Shown in pieces: positions 42,191-56,472 of a stretch of 64,000 nt of DNA; within the stretch, counting starts at the first letter, position 1, and every line of letters starts with the position of its first letter. The position numbers and the translations under genes are program-made. Under the pieces are notes generated by a model. It did no database searches. It was not told the origin of the DNA and worked only from the letters and a program-made list of their open reading frames with translations. This DNA comes from the human T2T-CHM13v2.0 reference genome, Homo sapiens: the NCBI RefSeq assembly GCF_009914755.1, contig NC_060933.1. One strand, 5' to 3'.

Positions 42191-44061
42191 GAGAACATGA
42201 CTGAATCCACAGAAAAGCAGCAAAGAAGCCTTTGCAACCTGGCAGTTATTACTGCCTTTTGACAGAAGAGGAAACTGAGGTACAGAAAAGTTAAATCTCT
42301 CTCTCAACCAGGATGTGAGAGAGACCAGATTTGAACATACATCTGTTCAGGGAAACAAAAGGAAAGGCTCAGTACAGAACATTCTGGTAGCTCAAGAGTG
42401 CATGCAGTCAGCCCCCTGGCTCTGGAGTTTGAGGTGTCACTAATGTTCTGTGCACTCTGCTAACCCACACGTTTGTTTTCAGGGAGGGCTCAGAGGCCAT
42501 GCTGAGAATGAACATGCCCACTAACTCTCATCTTCTCTTCTTACAGCTCTTCATCATGTTGATCTTGTCCTTCCTTCAAAGATGAGAGCATTGTAGACAG
42601 AGAGATGATACCTCTTACCTGCTGGGGAACTGCTTTGGCATTATCATGTGAGTTGAGTCAACCCCTAAAGCTTGGGGTATCCTGTGGTTGGAGCCAATGC
42701 CAATTATGAGGTCAGATAGCTACCAGGACCTCTCCTCCACCTCTACCCCACTGTGCACAGCCCTGCCCCTCCGTGCCCCAACCCAACCAAAGCTCTCAGA
42801 GTTCAGAATTGGTTTCCAAGCCATTGCAGCTATCAGCACCCAGGGCTGCTCAAATATGCTTAAATCATCTCACAGAGACACAGCCTACTATGGAAAAGAC
42901 CTTCCCACACCTGAGACTATGGCTACCTCAGGAGGCAGGAGGGAGAGAGCTCCCTGTGAATGGAGACAGCAAAGCTTCTTGTTAGGATGGCACCATGGGT
43001 CATGCACCAGGAGAGCTTTCAGAGCTTTTCTAGCTCTGCCATTTTGAGTCTCTGCAGCTCATATCACATTCTTCCTTGAGTTCTGATTGTTCGTATCTCT
43101 GTTTCATCACTTCTTATAATCATCTTCATCATCATGCAGTTAACATTTATTGCACACCATCTGTGACCCAAGCACTGAACCATTTGCTTTGCCTACATTA
43201 TTCTGACAAATCCTCTTGCCAATCTAGCATGGTAGAAATTGTTATCCTCATGCAATGAATGAGGGAACTCAAGCTTAGAGAGGTTAAGTGACCTACCCAC
43301 GGCCACACAGCTAACAAGTGACAAGACCTTTAGCCCAGATCAGCCTTATATTCTTTTGAATCCCCCCAGTGTTAATAACCTTAGCAGGCTCAAGCTGTGG
43401 ACATGCTGAGGTCTCAGCCAAGGGCTCTGGAGAAGAGAGAAAGCACAGATGTCAGAACTGAGGCAAGGGGTGACCTGAGCTGCAGGTGAGAGATTCATTC
43501 TAGATACCACCCACTGGGGCAGTCAGCACTTTCCAAACTGCCAGGTCTGAGACCCATTGGTTGAGGCATAGAAAGAGACTGAAGCTGGTGGATAAAGACC
43601 TTCAGTTCTGCCCTAGACATTTAGCATGTAGGGGCTGGCACAGGACTTTATAAAGTAGGAGGTCCATAGCAGTTACATTCAACTACTTTGAATTACATGG
43701 ATAATGACACAGTTGACATGCTCCCTGGCTACTTTCCCACCTAAACCCCTGCTTGTCTGATAATTTTGGCCCACTATCTTCTCCGAGCAATAACCCCTCA
43801 CGTGTGTGGCACTCTGCAGGTGATAAAGCAGTTCATCATTTGCTGTCCACAATGAATGTGATAGGGGCAGAGTAGGGGATGTGTCTCTGTTTTAAAGGTG
43901 AGGAAACTGAGTCTCACATAGCTCTTAAGTACTACAGATGGGATCTTGATTAGATTTCGATTCAGTTCTACAAAATGCATGTCCACAAACCTGCACTAAG
44001 CGCCTACTCTTTCCAAGGTCCATTGCTAGGTCCCCACCGCTAAGGGGTTTATAGTTAACTA

Positions 44062-44304
<243 letters not shown>

Positions 44305-44629
44305 TTAATGCTGAGGGGACACGGATGGGGTAGCCTCACTGGCAGTGGGTGAACAGGGAGGCTTCCTGGAAGATGTGCTCCTTCTGCTGAGCCTTAAATG
44401 TGAAGGCGAGTGAGCCAATGGGACTCCCTGCCTGCAGTGCCTGGCTCTCCCTTCCCTCCTGAGTTTTCATTAAGGCCCGCTTTAAATGGCCGTTCCCTTT
44501 TCATTCATTCAAAGAGACTTTTTTCTTCTCCCAAATGCAACTGCTTCCTCTGACCTATACAAAGCTGTCTTGGTTAGAAGAAACAGATATTCACTCAAGC
44601 TTGTTTACATTAAAGGAAGAGAAAGGATT

Positions 44630-44940
44630 TTTCTTTTTCTTTTTTTTTTTTTTTTTGAGATGGGGTCTAGCTCTGTCACCCAGGCTGGAGTATAAGGATA
44701 TAATTTTGGCTCACTGCAGCCTCAACCTCTTGGGCTCAGGCCATCCTCCCAGCTTAGCCTTCCGAGTACCTGAGACTACAGGTGGGCACCACAACACCCG
44801 GCTAATTTTTGTATGTTTTGTAGAAACAGGGTTTCTTGTTTCATGTTGCCCAGTCTGGTCTCAAGCTCCTGGGTTCAAGCAACTCGCCTATCTTGGCCTC
44901 CCAAAGTGCTGGGATTACAGATGTGAGCCACCGCACCTGG
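44630..44940 (-). mobile_element. AluJ
   Basis: Antisense Alu; TSD gagaaaggat(t/c)ttt. Confidence 0.88.
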
Positions 44941-44952
44941 TGAGAAAGGATC

Positions 44953-44985
<33 letters not shown>

Positions 44986-45345
44986 GTTAGAGTCTCACAT
45001 AAACCAACAGAACAGGCCTCATGGGAACTGGATCTCTTGAGATGGGAATCTGTGGGAGATTGATTTTTTCTCTCTCTTTCTGCCCCTCTGTGTTACTGGT
45101 GCCTCCTCAGCACCGTTCTACCATTTTCCTCTCTGACTTAGAATCTCTGCTTCCCTGTAACCTTGGCTCTCCTCTGGCACTGACTCTGATCCCAACTTTT
45201 TATGACTTTCCAGACAAGTACTTTAACAGCTAACTTGTTCATGTCCTTAGGGTCACAGATTCAAAATATAAGATCAGACATCTGATCAGCCCATTCAAAG
45301 ACAGGCCCATAGTCCAGTCAACTGTGGCTAGGAAGGCATGAATGT

Positions 45346-45840
45346 GTAGGGGAGACAAAATTATATCTCTACCCTCTTAAGTTTTTCAGCTGGGCCTGAT
45401 AATTAAACTGACATAAGACAATAGGAGAAAAGTATACACATTTATTTAATATAAGTTTTAGGTGACACAGGAGCCCTTATAATGAAGTGAAGACCCAAAT
45501 ATACAGTTAGAGTTGAATACGTACACATTGAATTGGACAAATAGTTAAGTTGTGAAAAAGTAACTAAGTTGTGGGGGGAGACTAGAAGACAAGAGTTATT
45601 TAAATAAAGTCTGTACCAAATTCTCTTGGCCTCAACTTCCTGTCCCTGATGATAAGAATGTTACTTTCTTTCTGTATAGGGAGAGCATTTTTTACATAGA
45701 AATTTCATCTCCTGTTTTTAAGAAATAGCGTGAAGGTCAGAGTGATCTTCTTGTACCTGCTGTTTTTTGAATGTCTTTAATTCAAAATAGTCGATATGCC
45801 AGAGTGGCATATTTCAGGGTGCCTATTATTTACTTCTTCA
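45346..45840. mobile_element. MER31/MER67-family ERV1 solo LTR
   Basis: TG...CA ends; gaaggtcagagtgatcttcttgtacctgctgttttt...caaaatagtcgatatgccagagtggcatattt. Confidence 0.6.
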
Positions 45841-48800
45841 AGCACAGACATAGCAAACGATACCTAGACCCTCATCAGGTATATTGGAAGGAAGAATTCT
45901 CATAGAATGTGGCTGGCTGAGGGCAGGCTTCCCCAAATCTGTCTTGGACCTACACCTTGTTTTGGTCCTTGAGTCATTCTGTCTGTGTCTCTTATAGATG
46001 AAACTCATCCCATTTTGCTGTCAAGGCTTCTGGTGTCCTTGCTGATATCTCCTGCTCATCTTGGAGCTCCTCCAGAGCAAGAGTTTTGTCCTCCTTACTT
46101 CAGTACCCTGAATTCATGCTTACCCCTAGGCCTGGCACAGAGAGCCCCACAAAATGTCAGTTGCAATAAGCAGCTGACTATTCAATAATCCCTCCTCAGG
46201 GTGGGATCTCTACTTTGGCGATGATCTGTGGGAATGTCTCAGAGCCACCTTCTGGCCTCACAAACTGTTTCTGTTGTTTGCAGGCCTCTGGACTTCGTGG
46301 GCACTTTCAGTAACCGATGGTCCTATGGAATCACCTTTGGGGCCACAGCTAATAAGGTCATGTTTTTGTTCTCAGAAGGCTACCAGCCCCTGCAGATCCC
46401 GCAGTGGGCCCAAGGTACTGGGGATACCTCATACCTGCTGGAAACTGCATCATGAAAATTCTTGCTCTCAGAGACCACATGGCACACGCTGTCTGGGATC
46501 AGGGGATAAACTCTGTGAATGGTCATGTTCTTGCCAGCCTGTTGCTTGCCCAGGGTCAACACCTAGCCCACAAATCTTCAAAGCTTCTTTGTGGGGCTTT
46601 CCCCAGTTACATTCAGAGGTCCTTTAGATATGATATATCAAGTCTTAGGAAGTAGGTTCTTCCTCACCTACCTGCCAAAAGCTCTCCTGTGTCATAGTCA
46701 TGGCTGCCTTCTTGATGTTGATGAGCCCCATTCCTCCTCAAAGAACAATGCTTATGTTTTTGGCCATTAGTCTGAGGCATCGTCTTTCCCCATGCCTCAT
46801 GCTCCATCTGGAGGAGTGTAACTCTAAGCTACAAGTTCACTTTTCCATGATACAATCATTCTCAAACCTCTCTGTCCAGTACAGTTCCCTCTCATGGGCT
46901 CCAAGCCTATGTGATCAAATGCCCGCTAACAGGTCATTAGTCTTTAAGAAAATGCAAATTAAAACCAAAATAATGCATCATTACACACCTCTTAGAAGTA
47001 CACAGTTTGAGAAGTTTTGGCAAATATTTACATCAATGAAACCATCGCCACAATCAGGATAAGGAATCTCAGAGATTTCCTTGTTCCCCTTTGTAATCTC
47101 CCTTTTCCTCCCCTCTTCTGTCACATGCCCACTAATCTACTTAGTTTGCATTTTCCCGAATTTTGTATAAATAGAATCATACAGAATGTACTTTTTTTTT
47201 TGGTCTGGCTTCTTTCAGTCAGCATAGCTATTTTGAGATTCATACATATGTAACATGTGTTAGTAGTTTATCCTTTTTTCTTGCTGAGTAGTATTCCACT
47301 ATATAAATTGACTACAATTTGTTTATCCATTCACTTCATGAGTAACATCTGATTTATTTCCACTTTTGGCCATTGCAAATAAAACTGCTGTGAACGTTTG
47401 TGTACAAGTCTTTTCATGTACCCATGCTTCAGTTTTCCTGAGTAAATACCTATGAGTAGAATGGTTGGATTACACAGACCATATAGTAGATCATATTTTT
47501 AAAGGCTGGATTACATAGATCATATAGTAGATCATACTTTTAAAGAAACTGTCAAACTGCTTTCCAAAGTGATTGTACCACTTTAGATTATCCCCATCAG
47601 TATGAGAGTTCCAGTTTCTCCAGCACTGGTACAGTCAATTTTTAAATTTTAGTTTCTAAATGTAAAAAATTTAATTTTTAAAATTAAATTCATTTTGTTA
47701 ATTTAATTTTTTAAATTTTAAATTTTCTAAGAAGTGTATAGTGGTTTCTTATTGTGGTTTTAATTTGCATTTTTATAGTGACTAATGCTGTTGAGCATAT
47801 TTTTATGTGCTTATTTGCTATTCCTGTACCTCCTTTGATGAAGCTTCTGTTCAAATCATTTGCCTGTTTCAAAAATTGGTTTTTTAGCTTTCTTTTTAGT
47901 GAGTTTTAAGAGTTTTAAAAATATATTTTGGGTATGAGACCATTATCATACACATATATGAATTGCAAATATTTTCTCCCAATCTGTGGCTCGAATTTTA
48001 ATCCTCCTAACAAACTCTTTTGAAGAGTTGACATTACTTTTGATGAAATCCAATTGACTCATTTTTTTTCTTTTATAGATCAGGCTTATGGTGTCATATA
48101 AGAAATATTTTCCTAAGATAAGGTCATGTAGATATTCTCCTGTATTTTTTTCCAGAGTTTTATAACCTCAAATTTTGCTTTGAGGTCTACAATACATTTT
48201 GAGCTAATTTTTTTTTGCATATAGTATATAGTAGGAGGTGTGGATTAAAGTTTTTTTTTTGCCTTTGGATTGCCATATAAAACGTATTCTAGCACTATTT
48301 GCTACAAAAGCCTGTCCTTTGTCCACTGATATGCCTTTGCACCTTTGTTGGAAAGCAATTGGTCACATATGTATGGGTCTATTCTTAGACTCTCTATTTT
48401 CTCCTATTGATCTGTTTGTCTATCTTTGCACCAATACCATACTGTCTTCATTATTATAGATTTATAATAAGTCTTGAAATCAGGTGGTATTAGTCCTTCA
48501 GATACATTTTTATTTCAAAGTTATTTTTGCAATTCTAGATTCTTTGCATTTCTACATGAATTTTAGAATAAATTTGTCAATTTATACAAATAATGCTGAA
48601 ATTGGGATTACATCATTTGTACATTTTTAGATCCATTTTGGGAAAATTGTTATTTTAACAATAGTGAGTCTTCTGACCCATAAACACAATATATATCTCC
48701 TTTTATTTAGAGTTCATTACTTTCTCTCAGCAATGTTTTGTAGTTTTCAGTGAATAGATCTTTCACATCTTCTGTCAGATTTATATCTGTTTTATATCTT

Positions 48801-49235
48801 TTAATGTTCATTGCTAATATATAGAAATACAACTGATTTTTGTATGTTGATGTTATATCCTACAACCTTGCTAAACTCAGTTAGTAGTTCCAGTAGCTTT
48901 TTCTGTAGATTGTATAGTATTTTGGACATACTACATCATATTATCTGTGAATAAAGGCAGTAGTTTTATTTCTTCTTTTCCAATATGGAGGTCTTTTATT
49001 TTATTGTTAATGTTTTTCCCAATTGCAGAGGGTGAAATTTCCAGTAAAATGCTCAGTACAAGTGATCAGACCAAGCATCCTTCTCTTGTTCCTCATATTA
49101 GTGAGAAAGCTTGTTTTTTAAAAAACACGGATTTTGAACAATTACATTACTATGTGTCAAATTTTCTTGATATTTCTCATGCTTGGAGTTTGTTGATTTC
49201 TGCATTTTGATTTTTCCTCAAATTTAGAAAAATTT

Positions 49236-49905
49236 TGGGCATGGTGAGGTGGCTCACGGCTATAATCCTAGCACTTTGGGAGGCTGAGGCAGGAGGATTC
49301 TTGAGCTCAGGATTTTGGGACCAGCCTGGGCAACTTAGTGAGACCCCATCTCTACAAAAATAAAAATAAAATTAGTTGGGCATGGTGGCACATGCCTGTA
49401 TTCCCCGCTACTTGGAAAGCTGAGGCAGGAGGAGCACCTGAGCCTGGGTTGTCAAAGCTGCAGTGAGCCATGATTGTGCCACTGCATTCTAGCCTGGGCT
49501 ACAGAGCAAGACCCTGTCTCAAAAAAAAAAAAAGAAAAAGAAAAAGAAGGAAGGAAGGCCAGTCTCAGTGGCTCACATCTGTAATCCAAGCACTTTGGGA
49601 GGCTGAGGTGGGTGGATCACTTGATGTAAGGAGTTCAAGACCAGCCTGGCCCACATGATGAAATGCCATCTCTACTACAAATACAAAAAAAATTAGCCAG
49701 CTGTGGTGGCATGCACCTGTAGTTCCAGCTTCTTGGGAGGCTGAGGCAGGAGAATCACTTGAACCCAGGAGGCAGAGGTTGCAGTCAGCCCAGAGTGCAT
49801 CACTGCACTCCAGTGTAGGTGACAGAGTGAGACTCTGTCTCAAAGAAAAAAGGAAAAGGAAGGAAGGAAGGAGAAAGAAAGAGAGAAAGAAAGAAAGAAA
49901 GAAGA
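49236..49905 (+). mobile_element. Tandem Alus: AluJ (49236-49556) and AluSx (49557-49905) inserted in its tail
   Basis: Two sense Alus with GAAG/GAAA tails; the pair is flanked by aaattttgg. Confidence 0.88.
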
Positions 49906-50207
49906 AATTTTGGCCATTATTTCTTTAAATATTTTTTCTCTCTTTTCCCTCCTTGAGGACTACAATTTTAGGGCATTGGAGTTGTTGCATAGTTAATTGA
50001 TGCTCTGTTCCTTTAAAAAAATTGTATTGTAGTAAAATATATGTAACATAAATTTTTCATTTCAATCATTTTTAAATATACAACCCAGTGGCATTAATTA
50101 CATTCACAATTTTGTGCAACCATTACAAATATCTATTTTCAAAACTTTTCATCACTCCAAACATTATTAAGCAATAACTCCTCTTTCCTCCTCTCCTCAG
50201 ACCCTGG

Positions 50208-50591
50208 TGTCATAGTCCAGTCTCATGCTGCTATAAAGAAATACCTGGGACTGGGTAATTTGTAAAGGAAAGAGATTTAATTGACTCACAGTTCCACAGG
50301 GCTGGGGAAGCCTCAGGAAACTTACAATCGTAGCAGAAGGGGAAGCAAACAGCAAACATGTCCTTCTTCACGTGGTGGCAGGAGAGAGAATAAGAGCTGA
50401 GCAACGGGGGAAGCCCTTTATAAAACCATCAGATCTCGTGAGAACTTACGCACTATCATGAGAATAGTATGGGGGAAAATCACCCTCCCATGATTCAATT
50501 ACCTTCCACTGGGTCCCTCCACCACACATGGGGACTATGGGAACTACAGTTCACGATGAGATTTGGGTGGGGACACAGCCAAACCATATCA
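50208..50591 (-). mobile_element. THE1 (C/D-like) MaLR solo LTR
   Basis: gagatttgggtggggacacagccaaaccatatca end and aggaaacttacaatc core; ccctg flanks both ends. Confidence 0.92.
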
Positions 50592-51076
50592 CCCTGATAA
50601 GCTCTAATATACTTTCTATCTCTGTGAATTTGCCTCTTCGAGACATTTCTTTTAAACAGATTCAAACAATATTTGTACTTTTGTGTCTGGCTTTCTTTCA
50701 CTTAGCATAATATTTTCAAGAATCATTCATGTTGTAGCATAGATCAGAACCTCATTCCTTTTTACGGCTGATACTGCATTATATCATGGCTGGTAATCCA
50801 TTTATTTGTTGATGAGCACTTGAGTTGTTTTAATCTTTTGGCTATTGTTAATAATGTTGTAGTGAACATTGGTACACAGGTATCTGTGTCCCCATCTTAA
50901 ATTCTTTTGGTTATATACCCGACAGTGGAATTGCTGGCTCACTTGCTAAGTTAAATCTATGCTTACCTTTTTGAGGAATTGGCACACTGCTTTTCACAGT
51001 GGCTGCACCATTTTATATTTTTACTAGCCATGTGCAAGTGTTCCAATTTCACCACATCCTAGCCAACCCTTACTGT

Positions 51077-51111
<35 letters not shown>

Positions 51112-52289
51112 GTGTTTGTTGATTATAACCATCCTAATAGGTGTGCAGTAGCATCTCATTGTTGTCTTGATTTCGTTTCCCTAATGACTAGTGATGCTGA
51201 GCATCTTTTTATGTGCTTATTGGTCATTTGTATATCTTGTCTGGAGACTTGTCTATTGAAGTCCTGGCCATCTTTTTACTGAGTTGTTTATCTTTTTGAT
51301 GTTGAGTTGTAGTTCTTTATATATTCTGTATATTAAATCCTTATGTGATATATGATTTGCAAATGCTTTCTTATTCTGTAGGTTTTCTTTTCACTTTCTT
51401 GATAATGTCCTTTAATACATAAAAGTTTTCAATTTTGAGGAAGTCCAAATTTTGCTTGTGCTTTTGATGTCATGAAGTTTTTCAGTCTGACTGGTGAGAA
51501 CAGGCACTATCCTGGCACTTTGTGACTTGCAGACATGTTTACCTCTAATCTTTTCAAGTGGTTTTTTCCTACACAACCGTGCTGGTCAGCACTCAGCTGA
51601 AGACTCAGGGGAACCCTCTACCGATCTCTGTCTCCCAGAACTCTCTCTTTGTGCAGCTGCCTCCTCTCCAGTACTATCTCCTGCGAATTCTAGCTGTCTT
51701 TGTCTTCCCAGAGTCTCAGTTCTTTCTCCTCAACTCGGGGAACCTGCAGGGCTCTGCCTGGGTTTCCCCTGCCTGTACTACATTCTGCATTAAGGTAGGG
51801 AAATGGTGGGGCTCACCTTGTTTGTTTCCTGTCCTTCAGTGATCATTTTCCTCTGCTGCCTGAAGTCCAGTGTCTTGAAAGCAGTTGTTTTATATATTTG
51901 GTCTGGTTTTTGTTTCATGTGGAAGTGTAAATATAGTGTGTACTTTATTTTCAGGTGCTCTTCATATATTCAGGATATCAATTTTCTGCTTGTTTTACTT
52001 TGGTCTTCATTTCTGAAATGATTTTTTCCTTGTATTTATAATTTTTTTCTTGAGTTATCTAACCTGTCGTCAAATCTTTCTTTTCTTTAATCACTTCCTT
52101 TTATAGTTTTTCAAATTCTGATTTATAGATTATTTGTTCATAGATGCTATCATTTTCTTAATTTTTTTAGCTTATGTTGAAATATTAGATTACAGTTTCC
52201 ATCTGTCTTACAGGCCTCTTTCTGGAGTGGTTTTGTGATCTGTAGTGCTATTTTTCTGCTCTTTATCCTTTTTTTAAATAATAACTTTG

Positions 52290-52435
52290 AATTTTTTTTT
52301 TTTGAGATGGAGTATCACTCTGTTGCCCAGGCTGGGGCACAATGGCATGATCGCAGCTCACTGCAACCTCTACCTCCCAGGTTCAAGCGATTTTCCTGCT
52401 TCAGTCCCCCAGTGGCTGGGACTACAGGCACCCAT
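52290..52435 (-). mobile_element. Alu right-arm fragment
   Basis: Poly-T plus gagatggagtatcactctgttgcccaggctg. Confidence 0.8.
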
Positions 52436-52554
52436 CTGTGCCTGATTTTTAAGTGAAATAAGTTTTCTTATAAATTCAAGAAGGAAGGCTGGGTCAGACA
52501 TTATTTCTTACTTTGTGGCTTTAGAGTTCCCTTTTTTGTTTTCACAATGTGACT

Positions 52555-52680
52555 ATATCTCTGTTTCTTCTATCTATCTATCTCATTATCATTATTATTT
52601 ATCATCTACCTAATATCTATCATCCATCCATCATCTATCTACTATATACCTATCTATCTATCTATCCATCCATCTATCTC
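52555..52680. repeat. Degenerate (TCTA/TCCA)n microsatellite
   Basis: Direct reading. Confidence 0.8.
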
Positions 52681-54418
52681 CTCATATTTTCTGAGTCTGC
52701 CTCTCTTTTCCACCCTTGTCCAGACAAATTATTTCCTAGCTACTCCTCATTTTGGATTCTACTGCTAGCAATTTATGCTCAGTAAAGGGCTTTGTCCTGG
52801 GAGGAGCCTTAGGTTATTAGTATAGGAATTTCCGGGGGCTTAGACAACTCCAGCATCTTCAGATCCTACTAAGGTCTGCTTACACTCACCTATGAATTGT
52901 GGCCTTCAGCTGCATTTTCTCGTTAATATCTGCTGCAAATTTTTGAGTTCTTCAGCTCTTGGGTCTTCAGACCCAAGAGCCTTTCTTCTGCTTCCTCTTA
53001 CTCAGACATTGACGTCAAATGGGTCTTGTCACCTAGATTTGTTGCAGATGTTGTCTGTGAGTCTTTAGTTTTGTCTTTCTAGCTGCTCTGTTTCTGTGGG
53101 GGGAATTCAGGGAGATTAGAATGTTTTGCTGCTGCAACTGCTATCCTCACCACAATTATTGTTTTTGTATTGATCTTCCTCACCAGCCCTCCAGCATTCA
53201 CATTCACACATGTGCCGACCAGCCAATTATCTCCCATCCTTTGATGTCCTTCCTTCCCTACTTCTCTCCATTGTAGTCTCCTGCTTATGTTGCATTGCCT
53301 CCAGGAAGCCTTCCGTGATACCCCAAGTGAGGTCAGTGGCTTCATCTTTTGTGTCCTCGCAGCAGGCTGAATGTCCCTATCTTACAGGTCATTTCATGCC
53401 ACTGACTTTCCCACTTGTCTCCCCTGTTGGACTGTCAGTATCTCAAAGCAAGAACCTTGTCCATTCCTCCTGTCCTGAGTGCCTGGCCCAGGACTCAGCT
53501 CAGAGTAGACACTTTGAAAAGTATCTAATCATTATGCATGATTATATTATACTGGATGCTGTTAGTCCATCTCAGAGCTAGTTAGTGGCAGGATTAACAT
53601 GACTGTTCCCTTATATGTAAAGTGCGCTGTAGTTGACAAGCAGCTTTGCACATACCATAGCCCCTCTCTCTAAGTCTGGTGCACTTGCAGTCGCTATTTT
53701 TGCTCATTCATTTGTCTGTTTGTTTATGTAGTCTGTCTCCATCCATCACACTGTGAGCTTACCAAGTACAGAGACCAAGTCTCCTTCATGTCAATAGTAA
53801 GCCCAGTGCCTGGCGCCGAATAGGGACCAGGAAGGGCCTGTTGTATGAACGAATGAAAGCCATTCCTGCATTCCTGCTGGTCCTAAGCTGGGGCTGTTCC
53901 ATTCTTTTCACTGGGTCCTGAGGTCCCTGACTGGAAGTCCGCATGAGGTACCACAGCTTCCCTGGGACTCCCCCGAACCCAGTGGTAAGAGAAGCTCACA
54001 GTGTCTCTGGCCCTGTCTCCCCAGCCTTTGAGCTTCTGATTGGAGGCATTGAAGTCGGCCTGTCCCACTTCCCCTTCTTTGCCTGCCTCTCGTCGGAATT
54101 CCAGCTGGTCAGCTCCATCTTGGGCTTCTGCTACTCTGATCTGGTAAGACGGTCTCTGCCTGCCCCCACTCCCCCAACTCCTTGAGTGTGACTGAACTCT
54201 GGGCGCAGGGCTGGAGGTGATCTGGGAGCTCCCCTTGGAGGATACCTTTGCCCAGAACTGAGGCCCAGGGAGGGCAGGAGTGACTTGTCCAAGGTCCCAT
54301 TGTGGGGACTGCATTAGAGGCTTCAGAAGGCCAGGCTGGCATTCTATCTGCTTCACACAAGGCTGCTTGTCATTAGAATGTTTCTAGAAGTCAGGGATTT
54401 TGGATAACTCATTTCTGT

Positions 54419-54722
54419 TTTTTTTTTTTCAAATAAATTATAATTTTATTTTATTTATTTCTATTTCAATAGCTTTTGGGGTACAAGTGGTTTTTGATTA
54501 CAAGGATGAATTGTATCACAGTGAAGTCTGAGATTTTAGTGCACCTGTCAGCCTAGTAGTGGACACTGTACCTGATCTGTGGCTTTTTATCCTTATTCCT
54601 GCTCCCACCCTTCCCCCTTCTGAGTCTCCAGCGTCCATGATATCACTCTGTATGCTTTTGTGCACCCACAGCTCAGCTCCTACTTAGAAGTAAGAATATG
54701 GTATTTCGTTTTCCATTCCTGA
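54419..54722 (-). mobile_element. L1PB-like 3' end, heavily 5'-truncated
   Basis: tttcaatagcttttggggtacaagtggtttttg...gtgaagtctgagattttagtgcacc; TSD gga(t/a)aactcatttctgt (54402-54418 and 54723-54739). Confidence 0.88.
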
Positions 54723-56334
54723 GGAAAACTCATTTCTGTAAACTGCTGGGGGCCCCACTGGAAGACTCAGGAGCCCTTTTCAAGGCTTTTCATCGGTGCT
54801 GCCATGGCTTCTCTCGGGAGCCTTGGAGAAAGTTCCCGTGCCTTAGCTGGGCATTCAGGGCCATCACAGTCTGGCCTCTCCTTTTCCCTCCATCCCCCAA
54901 CAATGTCTGGCATACAACTCCACCCATACAAGACTCCTCCATTCCTTCATCCATCCACTTATTCATTCAACAACCATTGCATCCCTACTACGAGCCAGGA
55001 AATACACTGGAGAACAAGACAGACTTGCATGGACCAGGTGTTCTGGCCTCTTTGTCTGTATGTCCCCATTCCCTGTGTGGGTCATGTCTAGAGATAAGTA
55101 TACACTCCTGCTACAAGGACAATCACTCCCACCAGATGAAAGCTTCTTGATCTTCATGTTGAGCTCTGTGCCCTCAGTGCCAGGCACCAGACTTAGCACA
55201 GAGCTGGCACCAGAGAACAGTTGTTGACTGAAAACCCCTCCAACAAGTCTACTCTCCAGCTGCGGAGACTCATTTCCTTGTTCCCAACTCCTTTGCTGGG
55301 CTCTTTCCCCCAACCAGCATTTTCTGTGAGGCTGGGATTCTCCCACTTAGTCAGAGATGATGGGCAGGGGCCTCACAAGCAACTGATACACCAGTGGCTA
55401 CAATCATAAAGTTTGTAAGTGATCTGCTTTATAGAAATTTAAATAGAGGGTATCCAGGGTTAGATGTGGCATAACATCATCTCATCAGCCTCTGACAGAC
55501 GTTTGCCCAGGAGAGAACATGGTGGTGGGAATCGATCAGCACCTTGGGCACCATGGGAGTATGGCCCAAGCTGGAACAGAACCAGGAATGCATGTGGGGG
55601 GTGGGGTGGGGTAAAGCATCAAGGCTCATGACTTCTGAGCAGAGTCTACAAACAGGTCACATAGAGGCAGGAAGATCCTTAGCCATGGAGTCAGGAGACC
55701 TGAGTCTGCCCATGCCCATGTGTGACTTGGATAAATCCCTTGCCAACCCTGGACTTCCAGCTCCCACCTGAATGGTGAGGGGAGGGAGGATGAGCTCTCT
55801 AAGGGCCTCCTGCTCTGCCGTCACGGATTCCAAGACTATGTCCTCCATGAGGGCAGGTGAATGAATGAATTTAGTGTGTGCCTACTTTGGCACAAGCAGG
55901 GTGACCGACTGGGGAGAGATGTCCATGGAGGCCCGGGAATCAGCCCTCCCAAGGGGGACAGGTAGGTGTGGGTGGGTGGGATCTGAGCCATTTTCACGGG
56001 GGCTGCTCCTGGGGCTGTGCTGGGAGGGAACCCCAAGGCCCCAAACTCTGTTTCTATTCCTGCAGGTTTGCTGTCACCATTATTCAAGTTTCACAGTGTC
56101 CCCACGGGCAGGTAAGTCTCTATTGGCCTTTTTTGGGGTTTTCAGTCCTATCACCATGGTCAAGTTGCTGTGTGATCTTGAACAAGCCTCTGTCACTACT
56201 GGGGCTCCACTTTTTCATTTGCATAAAAAGGTAGTTGTTGTCGTTCGTGATGCTTCCATTTGTAGAGCACCCCATGTTCATCAAGGTGTGCATTCACAGA
56301 CAGGTGTTTTCTCATTTACTCCTCAGAAGTAAAG

Positions 56335-56472
56335 CTTCTGTTCCATTGGCCTGTGTGTCTGTTTTTGTACCAGGGCCATGCTGCTTTGGTCACTGTAGCC
56401 TTGTAGATGGTTTAAGTCAGGTAGTGTGATGCCATCAGCTTCATTCTTTTTGCATAGGATTGCTTTGGCTGT
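56335..56472 (-). mobile_element. L1 ORF2 fragment
   Basis: tctgttccattgg..tgtgtgtctgtttttgtaccag..ccatgctg.tttgg...aagtcaggtagtgtgatgcc. Confidence 0.8.

Larger units (their letters stand above)
46990..51480 (-). mobile_element. Cluster of old L1M (MB/MC-like) antisense fragments
   Basis: L1 3' UTR and ORF2 antisense motifs (gtggttttaatttgcattt, ttgcaaatattttctccca, gagcatctttttatgtgcttattgg), interrupted by Alus and THE1. Confidence 0.8.

Noticed and set aside
41678-42307. 209-aa minus-strand ORF
   Set aside because: Runs through MIR, L2 and Alu remnants; chance frame.
53811-53827. TGGCGCCGAATAGGGAC resembling a tRNA-Lys3 primer-binding site
   Set aside because: Two differences from the PBS, no LTR upstream, and the context is an L2 3' end (cccagtgcctggc...tgaacgaatgaa).
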